DNA of 64,000 nucleotides from an uncultured Polyangiaceae bacterium (GCA_965369205.1 CBDUPW010000009.1:1905-65904); one strand, 5' to 3'; shown: positions 54,401-63,017, counted from the stretch's first letter. Notes: generated by a model from the sequence alone, not told the origin. A program made the numbers and translations.

Positions 54401-54870
54401 CAGAGCTCGCCGAAAACCCGGAGCTGGTGCGTCCGCTGCTTCCTTTGCTGGCCAACCTGGAGGCGTTGCCAGGGCTCGCTGCGGTGTCTGCCGCGCGTCT
54501 CACCCTTGCACTGAGTGAACGCAAGCTCGCCAAGCGCTTGTTTGCAAAGCGCATTGAGCAGTACGCGTTGTGGTACATGCGACGGCACAATCACTTCGAG
54601 AGCAGAGCGGCGGAGCTTCTGATCCATCTTGAGCCGCGACTCACGCTGCGCCTACTACGTCTGACTCGGCCACGCGGAGTGCGCGGCTGGGCTCAGGAAT
54701 TCGAGTTCCATCGCTTCGAGCTGGCCGCCCGCGCCTACGAAGCACTGCATCGCCCCAACAAGGCCATCGAACTGTATCGCCACGCGGAAGGCAGCAGTCT
54801 GCCGAAACAGCTCAGGGACCAGTGCGCCGAGCGGGTGCGCGCCCTAGAGCAGCAACTTGGGCGAGTGTGA
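51496..54870 (+). CDS. large (about 1125 aa) orphan protein, mostly alpha-helical, unknown function
   Basis: Single uninterrupted ORF with Leu/Ala/Arg/Glu-rich helical character. A distinct C-terminal core surrounds LEMGAHFNTCLSPGSFNYFSTFANAADVNKRVMYARDAKGRVLGRCLMALTESGGLLTFHPY. ATG at 51496; the ORF track begins at TTG 51490. Confidence 0.7.
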   Translation: MRPKASRRTSTSSAVARAKMLLKAKLWWREGFPSGPPTAAGLPWTVVAGPGRENTQLLLTRRELSGATHALKKLSGEYRAVLPKLQQDPAAFIASVQALLDALKPAVHRLASPERETLWQRFATRDVRRVARVAQQLPRLRPLIDAVAWSCVSTPTRLGKMLTVVEANADALAQIANAGEPSFLATALNLVDLTTELGTPALALQSILTNAHVLSSPTQAENYPERLRQVVLKRYGGKPKIEPPPDRPAARLGAQLHEWTQWVAAQDPATRRRALKCFALLGTQELLGDWADWWRGLERTEAQLRKQLPAHAVRLDALNKLERRVRRAAEQTPAPISAGGLTSLLRWYASVAEPKFVEEACATLGALGDSRLASPFLEHFRGLYLSCGAKFARRGVVALRAYFVATADLGDARLEPWADVLKQWRAGNRLPRYGFEEELLLEKPGKRRVEALYAALAHAARTAAATDDVADSLVELAPCELPVVAAAEIAVGLSDPKLKEHYFESETLRHAVGLTDGQPRAALSLLQSLATLESGEDRRFALRALDALQKSELLSLGLCLVADGHVQRLSECGRLAKYLRMPIAPQPLAQGDVAWAMQYPAPLHAALSELSASDPDAEHSAHRVLKQHFPKREEVQRQIVALESKLQREQAQSLHVRLGNLRARLAKPSELSARRLEHLAADLRRAARQAVLRRLEQETVGRATAVFESLLGTSPLPDWLLQPSTLRLILPALELPKGFKELALQILRARAGPPPWDLREEPANAAFLERLRGRGVDTAEWLDSALRIHVELDAEPVELALETDPLQVLEMGAHFNTCLSPGSFNYFSTFANAADVNKRVMYARDAKGRVLGRCLMALTESGGLLTFHPYAHSNALRFHERAAQFAQELAARMGISPVASGEVTLLLAPDWYDDGPRDLCKRFAFLEKDSPFRKTLGTRGVDGFVEDLKERFAPLALNELTLPLVLELPELAENPELVRPLLPLLANLEALPGLAAVSAARLTLALSERKLAKRLFAKRIEQYALWYMRRHNHFESRAAELLIHLEPRLTLRLLRLTRPRGVRGWAQEFEFHRFELAARAYEALHRPNKAIELYRHAEGSSLPKQLRDQCAERVRALEQQLGRV

Positions 54871-54990
54871 TCGGTGGCAGTTTGGTCGCGGCGGAGTGTG
54901 CCGTGGCCGGGTCGCGTGGCACATAGCTGCGGGATCCGCGGGCGAATCTGGGTCCAGCGCGCGGCATGCGCATTGCACACCCTATGCGGT

Positions 54991-55758
54991 ATGCAGATGG
55001 TGCGCTTGAAGACATCCTGGGCCTTGGTGGCGTTCGGAGCTGCGGCATTGCTCGCGGTTACGGCCTGCGGCGGTTCGTCCAAATCGGATCCGGGCGCAGC
55101 CGGTGGCGGAGGCGGTGGCAGCGGTGGCGGCTCGTCGGGCACTGGGGGCAGCGGTGCGGCTGCGGCGAACGGCGGCGGTGGCGGCGTGCCGTGCACGAGC
55201 TTCGTCCCATGTTGCGACGCAAGCGGCAATTCCGTGGATCCGGTGTGCGACTCGAACGGCATGCCCCAGTGTCCGTCGGGCACGCAGTTTCCGACGTCCG
55301 GTATATGTACTGCGAGCAGTTGCACGTCCCAGAGCGGCTGCTCTTCCAATGAGTTCTGCGACTTCCCTGATGATCTCTGCGGCAAGGGCCAGCCGGGCAG
55401 TTGCAAGCCGCGTCCCAACGGCTGCGATTTGATTTACGACCCGGTGTGCACCTGTGCCGGGGAGGTCGCGGGCAACGACTGCGCCGCTAATGCTGGCGGG
55501 CAAGACGTGCGCGCGGGTGGCTGCACTGCGCCAACTGGCTTCTTTGAGTGCGGCACTGAGTTCTGCGCCGAAGGCTCGCAGTACTGCATCCACGAAATCT
55601 CCGACGTTGGCGGCATTCCGGATTCGTTTGCCTGTGGCAACTTTCCGCCTGCATGTGTTGCTGGTGCGCCCTGCGAGTGTTTGAAAGCGATGCCGTGTGG
55701 TGAATTCTGCTCGGTAGACGCGGGCGGCAACACCAAGCTCACTTGCCCCGGCGGCTGA
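54991..55758 (+). CDS. lipoprotein with poly-Gly linker and Cys-rich region containing a Kazal-like motif
   Basis: ATG at 54991 gives MQMVRLKTSWALVAFGAAALLAVTAC (lipobox), then GGGGGGSGGGSSGTGGSG.... About 34 Cys. CDLIYDPVCTCAGEVAGNDCAANAGGQDVRAGGC resembles the Kazal core (Y-x-PVC...N-x-C...G-x-C). Confidence 0.65.
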   Translation: MQMVRLKTSWALVAFGAAALLAVTACGGSSKSDPGAAGGGGGGSGGGSSGTGGSGAAAANGGGGGVPCTSFVPCCDASGNSVDPVCDSNGMPQCPSGTQFPTSGICTASSCTSQSGCSSNEFCDFPDDLCGKGQPGSCKPRPNGCDLIYDPVCTCAGEVAGNDCAANAGGQDVRAGGCTAPTGFFECGTEFCAEGSQYCIHEISDVGGIPDSFACGNFPPACVAGAPCECLKAMPCGEFCSVDAGGNTKLTCPGG

Positions 55759-55770
55759 GGTGCCTGCGGG

Positions 55771-56703
55771 CTACTTCTTCTTCACGCTCAGCTTCACTGT
55801 GCGCAGTTTCTTGTCCGCCTTGTAATACTCTTCGCGGATCGGTTGGCCCTCTTCAGCCTCGAAGTAGACCCACTTGCCGTCCTTTTTGCCGGCGACGAAC
55901 TGCCCTTCCAGTTCCCGCACGCCATTGGCATGCCAGCGCGTGACCTTGCCCTGACGCTCCCCCGCGGCAAGTTCACTTGCTTCCACCTTGCTGCCGTCCT
56001 CCCGCCAGAACGTCCATGCGCCGTGTTTCTTGTCTTCTAGATAGCGCCCTTCACGCTCCTTCTTACCGTTCGCGTGGTAGGCCACAATCGCGCCGTGCCG
56101 CACGCCGCTGCGGTATTCGGTTTCTTGTTTCGGCTTCCCCCCCGGGTGAAACTCGCGATGGGTGCCGTGCAGCTTGCCTTCCCGATAGTCCGCTTGGCTG
56201 AGCTTCGTGCCAGTGTCGGAGAAGCTGGTGTGCTGGCCAATCTCCCGCCCAGAGGAGAACTCGCCTTCGCTCGCTTTCTGGCCATTCGCATGCCAGGTCT
56301 GGCGGCGCCCCTGCAGCGCACCGCCGCGGTAGCGCGCTTCTTCCGCGACCTGACCACCATCGTGCCAGGTCTGATAGCGCCCTTCGAGCTTGCCGTCGCG
56401 GTAGCTCGTCTCGGTCTTCTTCTGGCCGCCTGCGTGGAACTCGGTGAACGGACCGTGCTTGGTGCCGTCGTCGCGTTCGCAATAGATCGCGAGGCCCCCG
56501 GGCGGCGCTGCGCCGCTTAGTTTCGTGCCCGCGCGGCACGGTGCTTTTTCGGTCCACCAATCGACGGCCGCTTCGGGTGCCGCTGCGGTAGCCGGCGCCT
56601 CCGGCGCTGTTGCGTCCGACTGTGGCGCGCCGCATCCCGCGCCGAAACCGAGTTCGAGCGCGAACACCACGGCGAGCACTCTGGGCAAGATGGCTTCCTG
56701 CAT
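55771..56703 (-). CDS. MORN-repeat lipoprotein (YwqK-like repeat family)
   Basis: ATG at 56703 gives MQEAILPRVLAVVFALELGFGAGC (lipobox). At least 7 repeats of the Y-x-x-G-x-x-x-G-x-x-x-x-(W/F)-(H/Y)-x-x-G type (YRDGKLEGRYQTWHDGG, YREGKLHGTHREFHPGG, ...). Confidence 0.8.
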   Translation of the reverse strand: MQEAILPRVLAVVFALELGFGAGCGAPQSDATAPEAPATAAAPEAAVDWWTEKAPCRAGTKLSGAAPPGGLAIYCERDDGTKHGPFTEFHAGGQKKTETSYRDGKLEGRYQTWHDGGQVAEEARYRGGALQGRRQTWHANGQKASEGEFSSGREIGQHTSFSDTGTKLSQADYREGKLHGTHREFHPGGKPKQETEYRSGVRHGAIVAYHANGKKEREGRYLEDKKHGAWTFWREDGSKVEASELAAGERQGKVTRWHANGVRELEGQFVAGKKDGKWVYFEAEEGQPIREEYYKADKKLRTVKLSVKKK

Positions 56704-56879
56704 CGTTCCCTCCAAACAACCGAGCCTAGCCGTCGCGGGCGCAATACTCACGCGCGATCACCCCCAAGGGTGAAGGTGCGTGCGGGTGCGAGATGGTGGG
56801 TGCGCTCAGTGGATCCCGCGCGGCCTTTGCACGTGGCGAAGGCTGCCCTCGCGAGATCAATCCACGGGGCCAGCGTCCG

Positions 56880-57590
56880 ATGCTAGAATGGGCTGCTGTG
56901 GTGAGGACGTTTCGGATTGGCATCGTGTCGCTTGCGGCAGCGTCCCTGCTGGCCTGCGGTCTCGACCAAGAAGGCGGCAACGCAACACCGGCGGATGGTG
57001 GGACGGCTGGTTCCGGTTCCACTTTCGTTGGCGATGGCAGCGCAGGGATCCCCAGCAGCGGAGGCTCTTCTGGGTCTTCGGGCGGAGGCGCCAGCGGCAG
57101 CGCCGGAAATTCCGGTGCTTCGGGGAGCGCAGGCTTGGGCGGTGGTTCTGCGGGAGTGGGTGGCGGCGCTTCGGGTAGCGGCGGCGCAACCGGCGGCAGC
57201 GGCGGTGCAACGGGAGGCAGCGGCGGTGCAACGGGCGGCAGCGGCGGCACGGGCGGAGTCGTGACCAAACCGAGTTGCGCAAGTCTGTACACCGGCAAGG
57301 TGGGCGTGCTGCAACTCTGCACCGGGACCGCCACCCAGTGTCGGCTCTACATCGACAACGATCCCAACGACGGCGACCCGGGTCAATCGTGCACCGCCAT
57401 TTGTGCCGAGGGAGGCGGCGAGTGTCTCAAGGTCTACGACGACTCTGGCACCTGCAGTGCGGACACGAGCGACGAGCGCAACTGCAACACCACCACGATG
57501 AGCGGTGCCATGTGTTACTGTTCGTGGGGTTGCGGCAGCGGTCTGCCCTGCGATAGCGGCAGGGTGTGTACTAGCGGGCAGTGCGTTTAG
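56880..57590 (+). CDS. lipoprotein with Gly/Ser linker and Cys-rich C-terminal domain
   Basis: MLEWAAVVRTFRIGIVSLAAASLLAC (lipobox). G/S/A/T linker with GSGGATG repeats. C-terminal approximately 105 aa with 14 Cys. Confidence 0.6.
   Translation: MLEWAAVVRTFRIGIVSLAAASLLACGLDQEGGNATPADGGTAGSGSTFVGDGSAGIPSSGGSSGSSGGGASGSAGNSGASGSAGLGGGSAGVGGGASGSGGATGGSGGATGGSGGATGGSGGTGGVVTKPSCASLYTGKVGVLQLCTGTATQCRLYIDNDPNDGDPGQSCTAICAEGGGECLKVYDDSGTCSADTSDERNCNTTTMSGAMCYCSWGCGSGLPCDSGRVCTSGQCV
57174..57257 (+). repeat. 21-bp in-frame tandem repeat, 4 copies (GSGGATG units)
   Basis: Units at 57174, 57195, 57216 and 57237 (GGCAGCGGCGGTGCAACGGGN), read directly from the sequence. Confidence 0.85.
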
Positions 57591-57622
57591 GCTGCCGTCA
57601 AGAAGCCGCCGTCATCCACCTT

Positions 57623-59587
57623 TCACGCGCTATCCAAGACCCTGCGCACCTTCTCTAGAACGCTGGACGGAGTGAACGGCTTCGGGAGGAACGCGAACTG
57701 ACCCTGGAGTGTGGTGTCTTCCATGTCTTCTTCGGTGTGACCGGACATGAACAACACGCGCACCGCGGGGTGCGTGCTCCGCATGCGTACGGCAAGTTCT
57801 TTTCCGTTCATGCCTGGCATGAGCATGTCTGTTAGGAGCAGGTCGACGTGGACTTGTGGGTCGCTCCAGATCCGTAAGGCAGCGTGCGGAGACTCTGCAG
57901 CCAAGACTTGGTAGCCGGCGTTGCTGAGCACCTTCACGGTAAGGCCGCGCACGACAGCGTCGTCTTCGACCACCAGCACCCGCTCGCTGCCGCTTCCTTT
58001 TGCTCGCACTCGTGGCTTGGGTTGCACCACTTCTGTGGCGCAGCGCGGAAAGTAGAGCGCAAACGTGGTGCCCACGTCGACTTCGGTCTGCACTTCAATG
58101 TACCCCCCACTCTGCTTCATGATGCCGTAGACCGTAGACAGGCCGAGACCGGTCCCCTTCTCCGGGACTTTGGTGGTGAAGAAGGGCTCGAACAAATGGG
58201 CCAGCGCCGCCGCGTCGATGCCACTTCCCGTGTCGCTGACGGAAAGCACGACGTACTCCCCGGCCGGAACATCCTTGGGCGCTTGCGCGGCGCCGGGGTC
58301 GACCAAAGCATTGCTCGTACTGATCGTCAGCGCGCCACCGGAAGGCATTGCGTCCCGGGCGTTGACGGCGAGGTTCATCAGCACTTGACCGATCTGAGAA
58401 CCATCTACCCGCACCATGGATAGATCCGGAGCCAAATCCGAAACCACACGAATGTGGTCCCCCAACAGACGGCTGAGCAGGCGGCTCGCATCTCGAACCA
58501 GCGAGTTCAGATCCATGCTGCGGGGTGAGATCACTTGCTTGCGCGCGAACGCCAATAGTTGTTGAGTCAGATCCCGTGCGCGCTCGCCGGCTCGCCGGAT
58601 CTCGCGCACGTCTTCGCGCCGCATGGTCTCAGCTTCTTCGAGCAGCTCGGCATAGCCGAGGATCGCCGTGAGCAGGTTGTTGAAATCGTGCGCCACGCCC
58701 CCGGCCAGACGACCGATGCTCTCCAGCTTCTGCGCCTCCATGAACTGCGCTTCAAGTTGGCGGCGTTCGGAGATGTCATTGACGACCGCCAGGAACACCC
58801 GACCACTTCCGTGGTTGACGAGCTGCAAGTGCACAGCGACCGGGTAGCGCGATCCATCTGCGCGCTGATGCACCGTTTCGAACACCACCTTCGCGCGCTC
58901 CGACTTGCGCAAGGGTGCCAAGAAATCGTCGAAATCCGGCGCTGTTACCTCGGGCTTGATGTCGAGGGGGGTTAGCTCGCGCACGCGCGCCAGGGGATAG
59001 CCCAAGTTCCGCAGCGCCCCCTCATTGACGTATTCGAAACGCAGCGTTTCTGCGTCGAACAGGTAAATCTCGTTCAAGCTCCGATCGAGCACCGTCCAGA
59101 ACCACGCGGCGTCGTCTTCGCTCTCGCGCCGTTGCGTAACGTTAGATATCGCCGCAAGCGCCCCAGCGTACTGTCCGTCCGTGTCATACAGTGGGCCTGT
59201 CCGCACCCGCGTCCAAACCGGGGCGCCGTCTTTGTGTTGAAAACGCGCCGACAGCTCCTCGCGGATGCCCGTCTTGCGCCGCGCCATGTTGACCGCCGCT
59301 ACCTTGCCGCTCTCTTCGTCCATGAAGTCGAAGAGCGATCGGCCGATCATCTCGTCTACGGCGTAGCCGAGCATATTTGCCATGTGCGCGTTCACGAAGG
59401 TCGTGCGCGCGTCTGCATCCAGCCGCCACACACCTTCGCCAATGGTTTGAACCAGCTCGTTGTGCTGCAATGAGCGTTCTTGTAGCTCGCGCTCTGCAAC
59501 CTCCACGCGCTGCTGCAAGCCGCGTCGCTCCGCTTCCAGTTCCTCAATCCGTTGTTGCAGATCTGCGACGTCTAGCTCGATATTCAT
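57623..59587 (-). CDS. hybrid sensor histidine kinase / response regulator with coiled coil and two PAS domains
   Basis: N-terminal heptad-like ELEAERRGLQQRVEVAERELQE. PAS segments. H-box LAGGVAHDFNNLLTAI. ATPase boxes (NLAVNARDA, DTGSGI, GTGLGL). Receiver VLVVEDD...LLLTDMLMPGMNG. Confidence 0.85.
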   Translation of the reverse strand: MNIELDVADLQQRIEELEAERRGLQQRVEVAERELQERSLQHNELVQTIGEGVWRLDADARTTFVNAHMANMLGYAVDEMIGRSLFDFMDEESGKVAAVNMARRKTGIREELSARFQHKDGAPVWTRVRTGPLYDTDGQYAGALAAISNVTQRRESEDDAAWFWTVLDRSLNEIYLFDAETLRFEYVNEGALRNLGYPLARVRELTPLDIKPEVTAPDFDDFLAPLRKSERAKVVFETVHQRADGSRYPVAVHLQLVNHGSGRVFLAVVNDISERRQLEAQFMEAQKLESIGRLAGGVAHDFNNLLTAILGYAELLEEAETMRREDVREIRRAGERARDLTQQLLAFARKQVISPRSMDLNSLVRDASRLLSRLLGDHIRVVSDLAPDLSMVRVDGSQIGQVLMNLAVNARDAMPSGGALTISTSNALVDPGAAQAPKDVPAGEYVVLSVSDTGSGIDAAALAHLFEPFFTTKVPEKGTGLGLSTVYGIMKQSGGYIEVQTEVDVGTTFALYFPRCATEVVQPKPRVRAKGSGSERVLVVEDDAVVRGLTVKVLSNAGYQVLAAESPHAALRIWSDPQVHVDLLLTDMLMPGMNGKELAVRMRSTHPAVRVLFMSGHTEEDMEDTTLQGQFAFLPKPFTPSSVLEKVRRVLDSA

Positions 59588-59690
59588 CCGCGGTACTTCC
59601 CGAAGCGCTGCGGCGCTGCCTCAAGCGTATGCCATGACCGTCGGCGTTGCGAGGGTACCGCCGAACTCTATACGAAAGCCGCCGTGCGCG

Positions 59691-62357
59691 TCAGCGCTGC
59701 TCGAGCTCCGCGCCACACTCGACGAGGGCCAGGCGCATGGCGGTGGCATCCTCGGCGGCGCGCAAGCGTTCAAGCAGGTCCGTCTTCAAAGTGAGCGCAG
59801 CGATACCGGCAAGCAATTCGAGGTGGGTTTGTCGCTCTTCGGGCGGGCAGATGGTCACGAAGAAAACGTCTACGGTCTCACCATCTGGACCCTGGTAGTC
59901 GATGGGTTGTTCGGTGGTGAAAACCCCGAGCAGCGACTGACTGGCGTCGTTCAGCGTAGCGTGCGGAAGCGCCACATTGTGCCCGACAGAAGTGTTTTGA
60001 GTGCGCTCCCGTTCCCACAGAGCGTCCACGATTTGTTTGCCGGTGACGCCTTCAACAGCGGGTTCGAACACTTGAGCGATGTGTTGGAAGAGTGCTTCCT
60101 TGCGTACGATGTCCAATCGCGCGCAGAGCGCGCCTTCGGTCACATAGTCCGGCAGGCGCCGCGCCGCAGAGACCTGCGCGGCGGGAGCATCTGTCATTGC
60201 GCGATGGGTGGAAGTCCGGGGTGTCTTCACCGTCAGCACCGAGCAGGCTGCCCGGGCTTTGATGCGGTCCTGGTCCGTGCCCACGAGCTGACGCGCCAGG
60301 GTGACGTCCGGGGCGCCCATCACGAGCAAGTCATAGGCGGCAGTTTCCGATGCAAGCGCGGGGATACGGCTTTCACCCCGGGCCACACGGGTTCGCGTCG
60401 GCGTCGTGCACAGCGCCCGTAGTTGTTCCAAGTAGCCTTTCTCCGTGGATAGTTCCGTGTCCGGGGCGTCGCTCTTCACGAAGCGGATGAGAGTCAGCCG
60501 CGCCGTCCACAAACCCGCCAAATGATCGGCGGTCATCACGACCAACGCGTCGTGGGGGCCCGGCTCGGCGTACACCAGGATTTCCCGCACGAAGCGCACC
60601 CCCGCCTCTTTATAGAAGGCCAGATTGGCTTCCAGGTTGTTCATGAGCCAACCGATGGGATTGTACGGCACCAGGGTGTCGCGTTCTCGCCCCCGCCACT
60701 CCATCACTAGCCACTCGCAGTGCACGCTCGACGACACGTCGTGCACCGCGCGCCCCAGATCGCGAGACAGAACCGCGTGGAACTCGAGGTTCAAGCCCCG
60801 CTCGTCGCCAAGGGCGCCAACGCGGCGTCGGATCGACTGAACCGCGGGGTCGTCTTCCAGGGCTGCCTCGATAGTCGTGTGTTCTGGCACCTCGGTCAGG
60901 TGGATCACCTGCACGCGTCTGCCCTTCGCCAGCGCGCCGCCGAGCTCGACGATCATCTCTGGCGAGTGCTCGCTACCAAAAAGCGCCACCACGACGGATG
61001 CATCGCCGACGATTTTAAGATCGTGCTGGGCCACCGGTGGCGCCGTGAGTGCTACGGCCCGACGCACGCGTTGACCCAGGACTCCCAAGCGTTCAACGCG
61101 ACGACGTCCGTAGAATGCGTAGAGCGCAATCCCGGGGATCACCGACAGCGATGCACCAAACAGTACCATCGGCCCAAGGGTGACCAGCAGCGCAACCCCG
61201 GCCAATATGCCGAAGGCTTGGAGCCACGGATAGAACGGCGCGAGATACTTCGGTTGGTACCAATGCACGCGGCTCTCGCGAAAGATGATGACGGCGAGAT
61301 TGACCCCCATGAAGAGCATGATCACGAGACCGCTGGCGATTTTGGCGAGCTTCTCGACGTTGAGCAGAGAAACAGCCAGCGCCATGGCTGCGCCGGTCAC
61401 CAAGATGGAGGCATAGGGAGTGCGGAAGCGCTCGCTGATCTCTTTCAGTCCGCTGGGAAGCAAGCGGTCCCGCGCCATCGCAAAGGGAAAGCGTGACGCC
61501 GCTAGCAGCCCCGCGTTTGCCATCGAGGCCATGGTCACCACGCCCACGACGCCTGCTGCGATGCCGGCCCAGTAGCCGCCCAGCCGCGACGCAAGGGTGT
61601 AGATCGGATGCAAGTCTGTATGCAGTTCCCGGTGCGGCACCACGCCAACCAGCGTGAAGGACACCAAGCTGTACAGGGCCATGACGATTAGCAGCGAAGC
61701 CAGGATGCCCAAGGGCAGATTACGTGCGGGGTCGCGTACCTCTTCGGCGATGGCAGCGACCTTGGTGACACCAGCGTAGGAAGCGAACACAAATCCTGCC
61801 GCAGCTACGACGCCGGGAAAGCCCTTGGACGACGGATCAGAGAGATTCGCGCGCGTCACTTCCGGCAGACCAAAGGCGACCAGCACAGCCAGCGCCACCA
61901 GCGTGCATCCGAGCACCACAACCTGGGCTCGCCCGACCTTCTTGATGCCGAGCAAGTTGAGGGAAACGATCATCACCAGGCAAACAAGCGCTGCCGGAAC
62001 GACTGGCCAGTCCGCGAGCACCACCAAATAGGTTCCAATACCCACCAGGGCGAAGGAGCTCTTCAAGAGCATCGCCAACCACAGCGCGACTCCGGAGACG
62101 GTGCCCAGCAAGGGGCCGAAAATGCGCTCCAGGTACACATAGGTGCCCCCGGAAGTGGGCATGGCCGTGGACAGTTCTGCCTTGCAGGCCGCCGCGGGAA
62201 AGACGCACAACCCCGACAGCAAATACGCCGCCCAGACGTTCGGTCCGGCTTCCGCAGCGGCAAGTCCGGGCAGCACGAAGATGCCACTGCCAAGCATGGC
62301 GCTCATACTGATGGCGATGACGGAGACGGGGCCGATGCTCCGTTCGAGCTCCTTCAC
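59691..62357 (-). CDS. APC-family amino-acid permease fused to two USP-like domains and a PTS EIIA(Ntr)-type domain
   Basis: N-terminus GPVSVIAISMSAMLGSGIFVLPG plus about 12 TM helices. The central part has two USP-like alpha/beta segments. The C-terminus reads ...TSVGHNVALPHATL..., with the conserved phosphorylatable His context of EIIA-2/PtsN domains. Confidence 0.8.
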   Translation of the reverse strand: MKELERSIGPVSVIAISMSAMLGSGIFVLPGLAAAEAGPNVWAAYLLSGLCVFPAAACKAELSTAMPTSGGTYVYLERIFGPLLGTVSGVALWLAMLLKSSFALVGIGTYLVVLADWPVVPAALVCLVMIVSLNLLGIKKVGRAQVVVLGCTLVALAVLVAFGLPEVTRANLSDPSSKGFPGVVAAAGFVFASYAGVTKVAAIAEEVRDPARNLPLGILASLLIVMALYSLVSFTLVGVVPHRELHTDLHPIYTLASRLGGYWAGIAAGVVGVVTMASMANAGLLAASRFPFAMARDRLLPSGLKEISERFRTPYASILVTGAAMALAVSLLNVEKLAKIASGLVIMLFMGVNLAVIIFRESRVHWYQPKYLAPFYPWLQAFGILAGVALLVTLGPMVLFGASLSVIPGIALYAFYGRRRVERLGVLGQRVRRAVALTAPPVAQHDLKIVGDASVVVALFGSEHSPEMIVELGGALAKGRRVQVIHLTEVPEHTTIEAALEDDPAVQSIRRRVGALGDERGLNLEFHAVLSRDLGRAVHDVSSSVHCEWLVMEWRGRERDTLVPYNPIGWLMNNLEANLAFYKEAGVRFVREILVYAEPGPHDALVVMTADHLAGLWTARLTLIRFVKSDAPDTELSTEKGYLEQLRALCTTPTRTRVARGESRIPALASETAAYDLLVMGAPDVTLARQLVGTDQDRIKARAACSVLTVKTPRTSTHRAMTDAPAAQVSAARRLPDYVTEGALCARLDIVRKEALFQHIAQVFEPAVEGVTGKQIVDALWERERTQNTSVGHNVALPHATLNDASQSLLGVFTTEQPIDYQGPDGETVDVFFVTICPPEERQTHLELLAGIAALTLKTDLLERLRAAEDATAMRLALVECGAELEQR

Positions 62358-62513
62358 GCGGGTCTACCGACTTCCGAACCGAACACGGGCGAACCGTATC
62401 ACGGAGTACCGGGGCGCTCTTCGCCGGTGCGCCAGCGAAAAAGGTGCCCGCGGGATGTGCTTGGAAAGGCGCCGTACGCAACGTGACCGACGTACGGTAG
62501 GCTGGCGGAGAGC

Positions 62514-63017
62514 ATGGACGACGCGCATTCCCCATCGAGTCGAAGCGTCATCGAGCCGTCCATGGAGCGGCCGGGTTACGTGATCGCGTCCGTTGGGAAC
62601 TTGGCTATCGCCGTCACCCGCCAGCCGCCTAGCTTGGAGTCCATCCGGGAGTTCTCGAGCTGCGTCGATGCGCTGCGCACGCAATTCCCGGACGGAGTGG
62701 CGGTAGTGATCGCGCCCCGGGCGCCGCGCCCGTCGCTTTCTCCGGAGGCGGGCCGGGCCATCGTGTCGAGCTGGAGGCGCCTCGAGCCCTGTATTTCCTG
62801 CTCCGTCGTGCTCTTCCGCTCGTCGGGCTTCGTCAGTGCGATACAGCGCAGCCTGACCACCGCGCTCTTGGGCATGCATCAAAGCAGCGTGCCACTCAAA
62901 GCCAGCGCGAACCCTTTCGAAGCTGCGGACTTCATCGTCCGACACGAAGCCTCCCACGCGCCTGCGGGACCGCTGGGCGTCGCCTTGCAGGCGTTCGTCC
63001 GTCGCTACGAAAGCTAA
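62514..63017 (+). CDS. hypothetical protein (SpoIIAA/STAS-like pattern is only a guess)
   Basis: 167-aa ORF with balanced composition, divergent from the permease gene. Its 3' end overlaps the convergent radical SAM gene by 4 nt. No motif firmly recognised. Confidence 0.45.
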   Translation: MDDAHSPSSRSVIEPSMERPGYVIASVGNLAIAVTRQPPSLESIREFSSCVDALRTQFPDGVAVVIAPRAPRPSLSPEAGRAIVSSWRRLEPCISCSVVLFRSSGFVSAIQRSLTTALLGMHQSSVPLKASANPFEAADFIVRHEASHAPAGPLGVALQAFVRRYES

